NCBI GenBank assembly: GCA_964346565.1
Contig: CAYFVS010000224.1
Location: 1-40,932, forward strand
Source of the DNA: an uncultured candidatus Brocadiaceae bacterium
GTDB lineage: Bacteria > Planctomycetota > Brocadiia > SM23-32
Direction: 5' to 3'
Length of the DNA: 40,932 nucleotides
This document shows, one piece after another, positions 26,236-34,013 of this stretch. The stretch's first letter is position 1, and every line of letters begins with the position of its first letter. The translations under genes were made by a program, and so were the position numbers. The notes beneath the pieces are model-generated. The model saw nothing but the letters and a program-made list of their open reading frames with translations. It was not told the DNA's origin and ran no database searches.

Positions 26236-27362
26236 CGTTCGTCGGCCTTCCCGGCGTGCGCCAGGTGGTCGGCCTGGAGGGCCACTTCCAGGGAGCGGCG
26301 TCCGTTCCGTTCGGTGATCCGTCTCTCGTGGCCTCCGTCCTTCAGGTAGGCGAGCTGATCCCGCACCAGCTCGCGCAGCAGCCGGCCGTAGCGGTGCGTC
26401 TTCTCCACGTCAGCGTCCTGGATCATCTCTATCATCTGGTAAACGTCCAGTTCCTTGTGCCTGGCCCGGCAGTGCCGCTCGCTGCCGCTCCAGTTAGTGG
26501 TCACGTCCAGGGTCGCCCGGGGGAAGATGTCACACAGCGCCCGGGTGTCGGCCTCGTCGGCTATGGCGTGGATGCGGACGGTCGTGGGTATCCAGCCCTC
26601 CAGCAGGATGTCCCCTCGCTCGAAGACGACGCGCAGTTGCTGGCGGTCCATGCGGTTGGGCTGGTGGAAGCCGTGGTAGAAGCTGACCAGCACGCCGTCC
26701 GGGTAGCGAACGGCGCACTGCGCCTGTTCCTCTATGTCCGTGCCTGGCCGCCGGCTCACCTGGGCGGCCTCCACCGTGCCCGGGCCGAACCAGCCCTCAA
26801 ACAGGTCGAAGAAGTGCACGCCGTGCTCGACCAGGATGCCGCCGCTCTTTGACCGGTCCCAGAACCAGTGGTCGGCAGGCAGCGATTCGTCCGACGCGTA
26901 GTTCTCGAAGTACCCGTGGAGGGGCTCGCCCAGCGGCGCGCGCTCCAGCAGCCCCCGCACGGCGTCGAACACGGGGCTGTAGCGCTGCATCAGGTCGCAG
27001 GCCAGCAGAAGGTCCGCCCGACGGGCCGTCTCCACCATCTGGTCGGCCTGCTCGAGTGTCAGCGCCATGGGCTTCTCCACGATGACGTGCTTGCCGGCCC
27101 GGAGGGCCATCATCGCCTGTTCGTAGTGCAGGAACGGCGGCGTGCTGATGTAAACCAGGTCAATGTCCGGCCGCGCGACCATCGCCTCGACCTCGACGAC
27201 ATCGGGGATCCCGAAGCGCTGCGCCGCACGGTAGGCCGCGTCCCGATGCGTGCCGGACATGCCGGCCAGTTCGACGCCGGGCACCTGGGCGAACTGCTGG
27301 AGCGCGAACAGCCCGAACCCGCCGCATCCCACGACGCCCACCCGAACGCTGTTTTCCGCCAT
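26232..27362 (-). CDS. Gfo/Idh/MocA-family NAD(P)-dependent oxidoreductase
   Basis: It has the N-terminal Rossmann VGVVGCGGFG and the EKP motif (HVIVEKPMAL) characteristic of the family. Confidence 0.85.
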   Translation of the reverse strand: MAENSVRVGVVGCGGFGLFALQQFAQVPGVELAGMSGTHRDAAYRAAQRFGIPDVVEVEAMVARPDIDLVYISTPPFLHYEQAMMALRAGKHVIVEKPMALTLEQADQMVETARRADLLLACDLMQRYSPVFDAVRGLLERAPLGEPLHGYFENYASDESLPADHWFWDRSKSGGILVEHGVHFFDLFEGWFGPGTVEAAQVSRRPGTDIEEQAQCAVRYPDGVLVSFYHGFHQPNRMDRQQLRVVFERGDILLEGWIPTTVRIHAIADEADTRALCDIFPRATLDVTTNWSGSERHCRARHKELDVYQMIEMIQDADVEKTHRYGRLLRELVRDQLAYLKDGGHERRITERNGRRSLEVALQADHLAHAGKADER

Positions 27363-27464
27363 GTGCTGTCTCCTGCTATGCCGTCCAGGGGTTCAGGGAA
27401 GCTCAACCTACCATCGGCGGAATGGCGCCGCAAACACACCGGCCTGCGACCGACCGATGCGCCC

Positions 27465-27493
27465 TTGCAGCGGCCGGGCTGCTCCGTTAGCCT
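27465..27493 (+). promoter_or_regulatory. Candidate promoter for the aldolase-MFS pair (TTGCAG - 17 nt - TAGCCT)
   Basis: The hexamers are at 27465..27470 and 27488..27493, in the divergent intergenic region. The -10 lies inside the 10-mer GTTAGCCTCC, which recurs at 35232..35241. Confidence 0.35.
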
Positions 27494-27545
27494 CCCCGGC
27501 TCGAAGGATGCCTCGACAAGTGCTGACGAACCCGGAGGACCCACC

Positions 27546-28457
27546 ATGGGTCTGTCATCTGCCGTCCCCTCAGTGGCCTCTGCACGGGAGGAGGGCCGCG
27601 CGATACCCCTGTTCGTGTGCGTGGACATGGTCGCCACCGAGGCGGTGATCGAGGCGACCGAGGAGGCCGGTCGCACGGCCATAATCGGCCTGTACAGCGG
27701 CCAGCTGGAGCGCCCCCGGGGCGAGCATTTCGCCCGGTGGGCACGCGCCGTGGCCGGGGGCTCCTCTGCGCCGCTGTCGCTCATGCTGGACCACGGCCGC
27801 TCGGTGGACATCTGCCGCCGCGCCCTGTCGCTGGGATTCACCGACGTCATGTACGACGGCTCGGAGCTGGAGGTGCAGGAGAACCTGGAGAACTGCCGGC
27901 ACGTTGTGGAGGCGGCGCGCGCGGTGGGCGTGGGCGTCGAGGCCGAACTCGGCATCGTGGGCTCCGGTTCGAGGTACTCTACGTTCGGCGCGAGAGGCAA
28001 AGGCTTCACCGATCCGGAGACTGCCGCCACGTTCGCCGCCCAAAGCGGCTGCGACATCCTGGCGGTGGCGGTGGGCTCGGCGCACGGCCAGTACAACGCA
28101 GAGCCGGACATCAACCTGGAGCTGCTCGCGGAGATCCGGCGCCGGGTGCAGGTCCCCCTGTCCATGCACGGGGGATCGGGCCTATCGGAGCGGCAGTTCC
28201 GCGATGCCATCCGCGGTGGGATGGCCAAGGTCAACATCGGCACCGACCTGATGCGCACGGCGGGCCGGCGAGTGGCAGAGGCCGCCCGTGGCGAGGAAGA
28301 CAGCTACTTCGCGCTGAAGAAGAGCGCCGCCGAGGCGTTCCGCGAGCGCGCCGCCTACTACCTTGAGCTGTTTGCACGGACGCCTTCGGAAAGCAACACC
28401 GGCGAACAGGCAGACGGACCGGCCGGCCGTGCAAACACGAACCGAGCGCCCACATGA
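27546..28457 (+). CDS. Class II ketose-bisphosphate aldolase family protein (FBA/GatY/KbaY-like)
   Basis: MLDHG, MYDGS, VEAELG, LAVAVGSAHG, LSMHGGSG and KVNIGTD align block-for-block with class II aldolase motifs, including the Zn-ligand histidines. The start is at MGLSS (27546) after GGAGGA. The 529-aa listing is an antisense-run extension. Confidence 0.8.
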   Translation: MGLSSAVPSVASAREEGRAIPLFVCVDMVATEAVIEATEEAGRTAIIGLYSGQLERPRGEHFARWARAVAGGSSAPLSLMLDHGRSVDICRRALSLGFTDVMYDGSELEVQENLENCRHVVEAARAVGVGVEAELGIVGSGSRYSTFGARGKGFTDPETAATFAAQSGCDILAVAVGSAHGQYNAEPDINLELLAEIRRRVQVPLSMHGGSGLSERQFRDAIRGGMAKVNIGTDLMRTAGRRVAEAARGEEDSYFALKKSAAEAFRERAAYYLELFARTPSESNTGEQADGPAGRANTNRAPT

Positions 28458-29782
28458 GTGCCACACACAGCCAACCGGCACGTCCGGTGGAGGCCGACGG
28501 CGAACCGGAACTCCCGCCCCACTTCCGTCGCAACTACCTGGCCCACATGGCGGACGGCTGGCTGATCCGCGGAGGCATGGCGTTCATAAGTACCAGCACG
28601 GTTCTGCCCACCATCGTGAAGAGCCTCGGCGGCACGGTGTGGCTGATATCCCTGGTTCCCGTCGTGGCAGGCGCAGGTGGGCTGCTCAGTCCCCTGCTGA
28701 CGGCCCATCACTTCGACGTGCGCAGGCGCTACAAGCCGGTGGTCAATGTGGCAGGTGTGCTGCTGAGGCTGCCCTACGCGCTGCCCGCCGCGGCGCTGTT
28801 GTTGCTGGCTGCGCGTTGGCCTCGGGTAGCCCTTGCAGCCGTGCTGCTGGCGCCGCTGCTGTCCGGGACGGCCTGGGGCCTGGCCCGCAACGCCTGGTGG
28901 CAGTTGGTGGCGCACACCGTTCCGGGCCGGCGCCGGGCCTCGCTCATGGCGGGACGGGCACTGGGAGGCGGCGTAATTGCGCTCGGCGCCGGCTGGTCCG
29001 TCAGGCGCATACTCGAGGCGTACCCGGGGACAAACGGATACGGGCTGCTCTACCTGCTGGGCTCCGTGATGATGTTCCTCTCCTATGGAGCGTATCTTCT
29101 GGTGCGCGAGCGACCCCACGAGGTCCCGCCGGAGCAGGAGCACAGGACACTGCTGGGCAACCTGCGCTCGCTGCCCGGCATGGTCGCCCGGGATAGGATG
29201 CTCGTGTTCTTCCTGGCGCCCATTCTCCTCATGAACGCGATGATCCTTCTGTTGCCTTTCCTGCCCCTCCACGCGGTGCATGTGCTGGACGCGCGGGAAA
29301 GCTACGTGGGGGAGCTGCTGATCTTCCAAACGCTGGGGATGCTCGGCGGGAACCTGCTGCTGGGGTATCTCGGGGATCGCTTCGGCGGCAAGCTGCTTAT
29401 GGTCCTTGCCGGGGGAGTCTTCCTGGCGGTTTGCGGTGCGGCCGCTCTGGCCCGCAGTACGGCGGCCTTTCGGGCAGTCTTCGTTCTGTTGGGGGTCTCC
29501 AGCTACGGCTGGCTGCTCGGCACGCAGGTGCTTTCCCTCGAGTTGGCGCCGCGTGGGCGGCGTTCCTCTTTCCTGGCCGCCACCGCGGGTGTGCGCTTCC
29601 TGGGTGTGCTTGCCGCCTACGCGGTCAGCGCGTCCCTGCCGTCGCACGAGACCGGCATGGGCCTCCGGGGGGTCCTGGCCGGTGCGGCGACCCTCGTCTC
29701 GGTCATCCTGCTGCTCGGGGTGGAGGAGCCCCGGAACGCGCTGCGGCGGGTGGCCGCGCAGCGCGACTTGCCCGGCGCTTGA
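28454..29782 (+). CDS. MFS-type transporter, substrate unknown
   Basis: 442 aa, polytopic, with an ATGA overlap with the aldolase stop suggesting translational coupling. It is a paralogue of 4911..6170. Confidence 0.8.
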   Translation: MSATHSQPARPVEADGEPELPPHFRRNYLAHMADGWLIRGGMAFISTSTVLPTIVKSLGGTVWLISLVPVVAGAGGLLSPLLTAHHFDVRRRYKPVVNVAGVLLRLPYALPAAALLLLAARWPRVALAAVLLAPLLSGTAWGLARNAWWQLVAHTVPGRRRASLMAGRALGGGVIALGAGWSVRRILEAYPGTNGYGLLYLLGSVMMFLSYGAYLLVRERPHEVPPEQEHRTLLGNLRSLPGMVARDRMLVFFLAPILLMNAMILLLPFLPLHAVHVLDARESYVGELLIFQTLGMLGGNLLLGYLGDRFGGKLLMVLAGGVFLAVCGAAALARSTAAFRAVFVLLGVSSYGWLLGTQVLSLELAPRGRRSSFLAATAGVRFLGVLAAYAVSASLPSHETGMGLRGVLAGAATLVSVILLLGVEEPRNALRRVAAQRDLPGA

Positions 29783-29807
29783 CATCGCGTCTCGGCTCGC
29801 GTAGAAT
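29779..29807 (+). promoter_or_regulatory. Sigma70 promoter for the ilvBN leader (TTGACA - 17 nt - TAGAAT)
   Basis: A perfect -35 TTGACA is at 29779..29784 and TAGAAT at 29802..29807 with a 17-nt spacer. It overlaps the last codons of the MFS gene. Confidence 0.6.
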
Positions 29808-29817
29808 GGTCAGCACA

Positions 29818-29862
29818 ATGAGACGAGCAGTGACCCAACTAAGCGTTGTGGTTGTAGCATAA
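29818..29862 (+). CDS. ilv leader peptide, 14 aa, Val-rich (MRRAVTQLSVVVVA)
   Basis: The ATG lies 11 nt after the -10 hexamer, so the transcript is essentially leaderless. Five of 14 codons are Val, with four consecutive Val codons just before the final Ala codon and the stop, plus one Leu. GC hairpins and a terminator follow, upstream of ilvB. Confidence 0.6.
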   Translation: MRRAVTQLSVVVVA

Positions 29863-29935
29863 TCCTCTCTGCCCGGCGCCGGCCGGGCTGTGAGGTGAGG
29901 GTCGTTGTTCGCCTTTCGTTTGTACGGAACAGTCA

Positions 29936-29973
29936 GGCCCTTCAGCCTCGCGCGGTTGGAGGGCCTTTTCTTT
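29936..29973 (+). terminator. Attenuator: intrinsic terminator in the ilvB leader
   Basis: GGCCCUUCAGCC-UCGCGC-GGUUGGAGGGCC forms a 12-bp stem (two G-U pairs) with a 6-nt loop. It is followed directly by UUUUCUUU and lies 33 nt before the ilvB GTG. Confidence 0.65.
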
Positions 29974-30006
29974 GCGAAAGAGAAGCCCTGTGCGGAGGTC
30001 TGAACC

Positions 30007-31692
30007 GTGTCGAGAACCGGCGCAGACATACTGATTGACGCGTTGCGGGAGCAGGGCGTCGAATACATGTTCGGCATTCCGGGGGGCGCGGTCATAGCAC
30101 TCTATGACGCGCTCTACGACGCGCCCTTGAACACCATCCTGACCCGTCATGAGCAGGGGGCCGGGCACATGGCCGACGGTTACGCCCGCGCGACCGGCAA
30201 AGTGGGCGTCTGCATCGCTACCAGCGGGCCCGGCGCCACCAACCTGGTCACCGCCCTGGCGACCGCCTACATGGACAGCGTGCCCGTGGTGGCCATCACA
30301 GGCCAGGTCAAGACCCACCTCATCGGCAACGATGCCTTCCAGGAGGCGGATGTAACCGGCATCACCCGTCCCGCCACCAAGCACAACTTCCTGGTCGAGG
30401 ACGCGCTGGAGCTGGGCCGGGTGGTGAGGGAGGCGTTTCACATCGCCTCAACCGGCCGGCCGGGGCCGGTGCTGATTGACCTGCCCTCGGACGTGACCGG
30501 GGCCGAGGTCGAAGGCGAAGTGGACAGCCGCATGAGGCTGCCGGGTTACAAGCCCATCGGCGGGGAGGGCCACAGCCGACAGATCGAGAAGGTGGCTCAG
30601 GCCATCAACCAGTCCGAGCGGCCGGTGCTCTACGTCGGCGGCGGCATCATCATCAGCGGCGCCAGCGAGGAGCTTCGCGCGCTCGCCATGAGTGCCTCCA
30701 TACCGGTCACCACCACCCTGATGGGGTTGGGCGCGTTCCCGGAGGACGACGAGGCGCTGTCCCTGGGCATGTTGGGTATGCATGGGACGGTCTATGCGAA
30801 CTACGCCGTCACACACTGCGACCTGCTGGTGGCGGTGGGCGCGCGCTTCGACGACCGGATCACCGGGAAGCTGGACGAGTTCGCCCCGGGCGCACAGATA
30901 GTCCACGTCGACGTGGACCCCTCCTCGATCGGCAAGAACGTGCCGGTGGACATCCCCGTCGTTGGCGACGCCCGCAAGGTGCTCCAGGAACTCACCCCCC
31001 TGGTCCAGCAGCGGGAGCGCAGCGAGTGGCTGGCGCAGATCGCGAAGTGGAAGGCCGAGAACCCCCTCACCTACGACCACAGCGGCCCGGTCGTCCGGCC
31101 CCAGGCCGTGGTCGAGGGCGTCTGCGAGGTGACCGACGGGAAGGCCATCGTGGTGACCGACGTGGGCCAGCACCAGATGTGGGCGGCCCAGTACTACTGC
31201 TACACCGAGCCCAGGAGCTTCATCAGCTCCGGCGGCCTGGGCACGATGGGCTTCGGGCTGCCGGCGTCAATCGGCGCACGCTTCGGACGGCCGGACAAGA
31301 CGGTTTTCCTGGTCACCAGCGACGGTTCGCTGCAGATGAACATCCAGGAGATGGCCACCGCCGTGGTGAATCGCCTGCCGATCAAGATCGCGCTGCTGAA
31401 CAACGGCTACCTGGGCATGGTGCGCCAGTGGCAGGAGCTGTTCTTCGACCGCCGCTACTCGCACACGCACCTTGCGGAAGGCAACCCGGACTTCGTCCGG
31501 CTGGCCGAAGCGTATGGAGCGAAGGGCATCATGGTGGAGCGTTCCGATCAGGTGGTCCCCGCCCTGCGGCAGGCCATGGAGGTGGACGACGGCCCCGTGC
31601 TGATAGACTTCCACACGGCGCCGGAGGAGAACGTCTTCCCCATGGTGCCGGCCGGGCAGGCGATAGACCGCATGATAAGCGGCATGGCCTGA
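30007..31692 (+). CDS. ilvB: Acetolactate synthase (acetohydroxyacid synthase) large subunit
   Basis: GADILIDALREQGVEYMFGIPGG, the ThDP motif GLGTMGFGLPASIGA...SDGSLQMNIQE, 561 aa, GTG start. Confidence 0.93.
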   Translation: MSRTGADILIDALREQGVEYMFGIPGGAVIALYDALYDAPLNTILTRHEQGAGHMADGYARATGKVGVCIATSGPGATNLVTALATAYMDSVPVVAITGQVKTHLIGNDAFQEADVTGITRPATKHNFLVEDALELGRVVREAFHIASTGRPGPVLIDLPSDVTGAEVEGEVDSRMRLPGYKPIGGEGHSRQIEKVAQAINQSERPVLYVGGGIIISGASEELRALAMSASIPVTTTLMGLGAFPEDDEALSLGMLGMHGTVYANYAVTHCDLLVAVGARFDDRITGKLDEFAPGAQIVHVDVDPSSIGKNVPVDIPVVGDARKVLQELTPLVQQRERSEWLAQIAKWKAENPLTYDHSGPVVRPQAVVEGVCEVTDGKAIVVTDVGQHQMWAAQYYCYTEPRSFISSGGLGTMGFGLPASIGARFGRPDKTVFLVTSDGSLQMNIQEMATAVVNRLPIKIALLNNGYLGMVRQWQELFFDRRYSHTHLAEGNPDFVRLAEAYGAKGIMVERSDQVVPALRQAMEVDDGPVLIDFHTAPEENVFPMVPAGQAIDRMISGMA

Positions 31693-31730
31693 GCGGCCTG
31701 CCGGCACCCTCATTGCCAGAGGTAACACCC

Positions 31731-32219
31731 ATGCAGAAGCACGTCATCAGCGCCCTGGTTGCCAATCGGCCGGGTGTCCTGGCCCGCGTCTCGGGCCTGT
31801 TCAGCGCCCGGGGTTTCAACATAGACTCCCTGGCCGTCGGCGAGACCGAGAAGCCCGACCTGAGCCGGATGACCATCGTGGTGGCCGGCGACGAGGCCAT
31901 CCTCGAGCAGGTGCGCAAGCAGCTCGACAAGCTCATAGACGTGGTCAAGGTGCGCGACTTCAGGGGCGTGCCCCACGTCGAACGCGACCTGGCGCTGGTC
32001 AGAATCCACTCACCGGTCAGCCGGCGCAGCGAGATCCTGGAACTGGTGAGCATCTTCCGCGCCCGTACAGTGGACGTGGGTCACAACGAAGTGATGGTCG
32101 AACTGTGCGGCACCGAGGAGAAGATCGAAGCGTTCCTTGACCTTGTCCGCCCCTATGGAATCCGGGAAATGGCGCGCACCGGCCGCATAGCGATGGCTCG
32201 ATCCGCCGCCGGCCGGTGA
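31731..32219 (+). CDS. ilvN: Acetolactate synthase small (regulatory) subunit
   Basis: It has the ACT domain HVISALVANRPGVLARVSGLFSARGFNIDSLAVG and lies immediately downstream of ilvB. Confidence 0.9.
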   Translation: MQKHVISALVANRPGVLARVSGLFSARGFNIDSLAVGETEKPDLSRMTIVVAGDEAILEQVRKQLDKLIDVVKVRDFRGVPHVERDLALVRIHSPVSRRSEILELVSIFRARTVDVGHNEVMVELCGTEEKIEAFLDLVRPYGIREMARTGRIAMARSAAGR

Positions 32220-32228
32220 ATCGTCTGT

Positions 32229-32257
32229 TTGACGCCTCCGTCACAGGGCAGTATCGT
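32229..32257 (+). promoter_or_regulatory. Candidate promoter for kdgK-eda (TTGACG - 17 nt - TATCGT)
   Basis: The hexamers are at 32229..32234 and 32252..32257, followed by a GAAGGAGAG RBS and the GTG at 32290. Confidence 0.4.
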
Positions 32258-32289
32258 CACCGGCCGGAGAACGTCGAAGGAGAGACCCC

Positions 32290-33336
32290 GTGGATTGCGA
32301 CCTCGTGACGTTCGGTGAGGCGATGGTCCGCCTCACTCCGCCGGACCACATGCGGCTGGAGCAGGCCACGGCGCTGCAGATGACCGTCGGCGGGGCGGAG
32401 TGGAACGTGGCGGTCAACGTGAGCCGTTTGGGGCTGAAGACCGCCTGGGTCAGTCGCCTTGTGGACAACTGGTCCGGCCGGTTCATCGTCCAGCAGGCCC
32501 AGACCCACGGCGTTGGGACCGGCCACGTGGTGTGGACGGAGTTCGACGGCGTGGGCCGGGTGCGCAACGGATTCTACCACCTGGAGCTGGGCGCCGGCCC
32601 GCGGGCCAGTTCGGTCACCTACGACCGGGGGCATTCCGCCATTAGCCTGATGACCCCCGACATGGTGGACTGGAGCGCACTGCTTGAGGGCTGCCGGTGG
32701 TTCCACTCGACGGGCATCACCCCCGCCCTGTCACCTGCCCTGCGGGAGACGACGCTGGCTGCCTTCCGGACAGCGGGTGAGGCGGGTGTGCCCACAAGCT
32801 ATGACCTGAATTACCGGGGCAAGCTCTGGAGCGCCCGAGAGGCCCAGGAGATCAACGCGCAGATAGTGCCCTATGTCGAGGTCGTGATTGGCAACGAGGA
32901 GGACTTCGAGAAGTGCCTGGGCATCAAGGCGGCCGGCACAACCCAGGCGTACTCCGAGCTGGACCCGGAGAGCTACAAGGACGTGGCGCGGGAGGCCACG
33001 GAGCGCTTCCCGAACGTGAAGATGGTCGGCACCACCCTGCGGCAGGTCAAGAGCGGCCTGCTGAACGACTGGCGAACGCTGCTGTTCGACGGGCAGGAGT
33101 TCCACCTGAGCCGCATCTACGAGAACCTGGAGATCGTGGACCGCGTGGGCGGCGGGGACAGCTTCGCCTCTGCGGTCATCTACGGCTCTCTCAGCGGGTG
33201 GGAGCCGGAGCGCATCTGCCGGTTCGGCGCCGCCTACAGCGCCCTGGCACATACCTTCCCGGGCGACGTCAACTGGGCCACGCGGGAGGAAGCACTCAAG
33301 CTGATGGCCGGTGGCAGCGCGCGGATATCACGCTGA
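32290..33336 (+). CDS. kdgK: 2-dehydro-3-deoxygluconokinase-type PfkB kinase
   Basis: DLVTFGEAMVRLTP is the typical KdgK N-terminus. It also has DRVGGGDSFASAVIYG (the PfkB catalytic motif) and is adjacent to eda. Confidence 0.85.
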   Translation: MDCDLVTFGEAMVRLTPPDHMRLEQATALQMTVGGAEWNVAVNVSRLGLKTAWVSRLVDNWSGRFIVQQAQTHGVGTGHVVWTEFDGVGRVRNGFYHLELGAGPRASSVTYDRGHSAISLMTPDMVDWSALLEGCRWFHSTGITPALSPALRETTLAAFRTAGEAGVPTSYDLNYRGKLWSAREAQEINAQIVPYVEVVIGNEEDFEKCLGIKAAGTTQAYSELDPESYKDVAREATERFPNVKMVGTTLRQVKSGLLNDWRTLLFDGQEFHLSRIYENLEIVDRVGGGDSFASAVIYGSLSGWEPERICRFGAAYSALAHTFPGDVNWATREEALKLMAGGSARISR

Positions 33337-33364
33337 CCGATGAGCTTCTGCGAAGGGAGTTCCG

Positions 33365-34003
33365 GTGATTGACGCCCTGCACACCATCCTGGAGTCCGGT
33401 GTTGTAGCCATCATCCGGGCTGACAGCCCGACCGGCCTGGTGGAAGCGGGCCGGGCCCTCGCTCGCGGCGGCGTGCGCGCCATCGAAGTCACCATGACCA
33501 CGCCCGGTGCCCTTGACGCCGTCACGCGCCTGGCCGAGGAAGCGGGCGACGACTTCGTGGCGGGGGCGGGGAGCGTGCTCGATCCGGAAACGGCGCGGGC
33601 CGCCATCCTGGCCGGCGCCGAGTTCCTGGTCATGCCCACTACTGACCTGGCGACGATCGAGCTGGCCCGTCGCTACGGGAAGGTAGTCTGCCCCGGCGCG
33701 CTGACGCCGACGGAAGTCCTGAGCGCCTGGGAAGCAGGAGCGGACCTGGTGAAGGTCTTTCCCGCTTCGCTCGGCGGCCCGGCCTACATCAAGGCCCTGC
33801 GCGGGCCACTGCCCCAGGTGCGCCTGATGCCGGTGGGCGGGGTATCGGCCGAGAACTGCGCCGACTACATCCGGGCCGGGGCATGCGCCGTTGCCCTCGG
33901 CAGCGGGCTGGTCAAGCGCGACCTGCTGGCGGCGGCCGACTGGGAGGGCATCACGAACGTCGCCCGCCAGGTGGTTTCCGCTGTGCGGGGCGCACGGGGG
34001 TGA
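33365..34003 (+). CDS. eda: 2-dehydro-3-deoxyphosphogluconate / 4-hydroxy-2-oxoglutarate aldolase
   Basis: VVAIIRADS, IEVTMTTPGAL, GAGSVLD and VKVFPAS (Schiff-base Lys), MPVGGVS; 212 aa. Confidence 0.88.
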   Translation: MIDALHTILESGVVAIIRADSPTGLVEAGRALARGGVRAIEVTMTTPGALDAVTRLAEEAGDDFVAGAGSVLDPETARAAILAGAEFLVMPTTDLATIELARRYGKVVCPGALTPTEVLSAWEAGADLVKVFPASLGGPAYIKALRGPLPQVRLMPVGGVSAENCADYIRAGACAVALGSGLVKRDLLAAADWEGITNVARQVVSAVRGARG

Positions 34004-34013
34004 ATCCCCTCCC

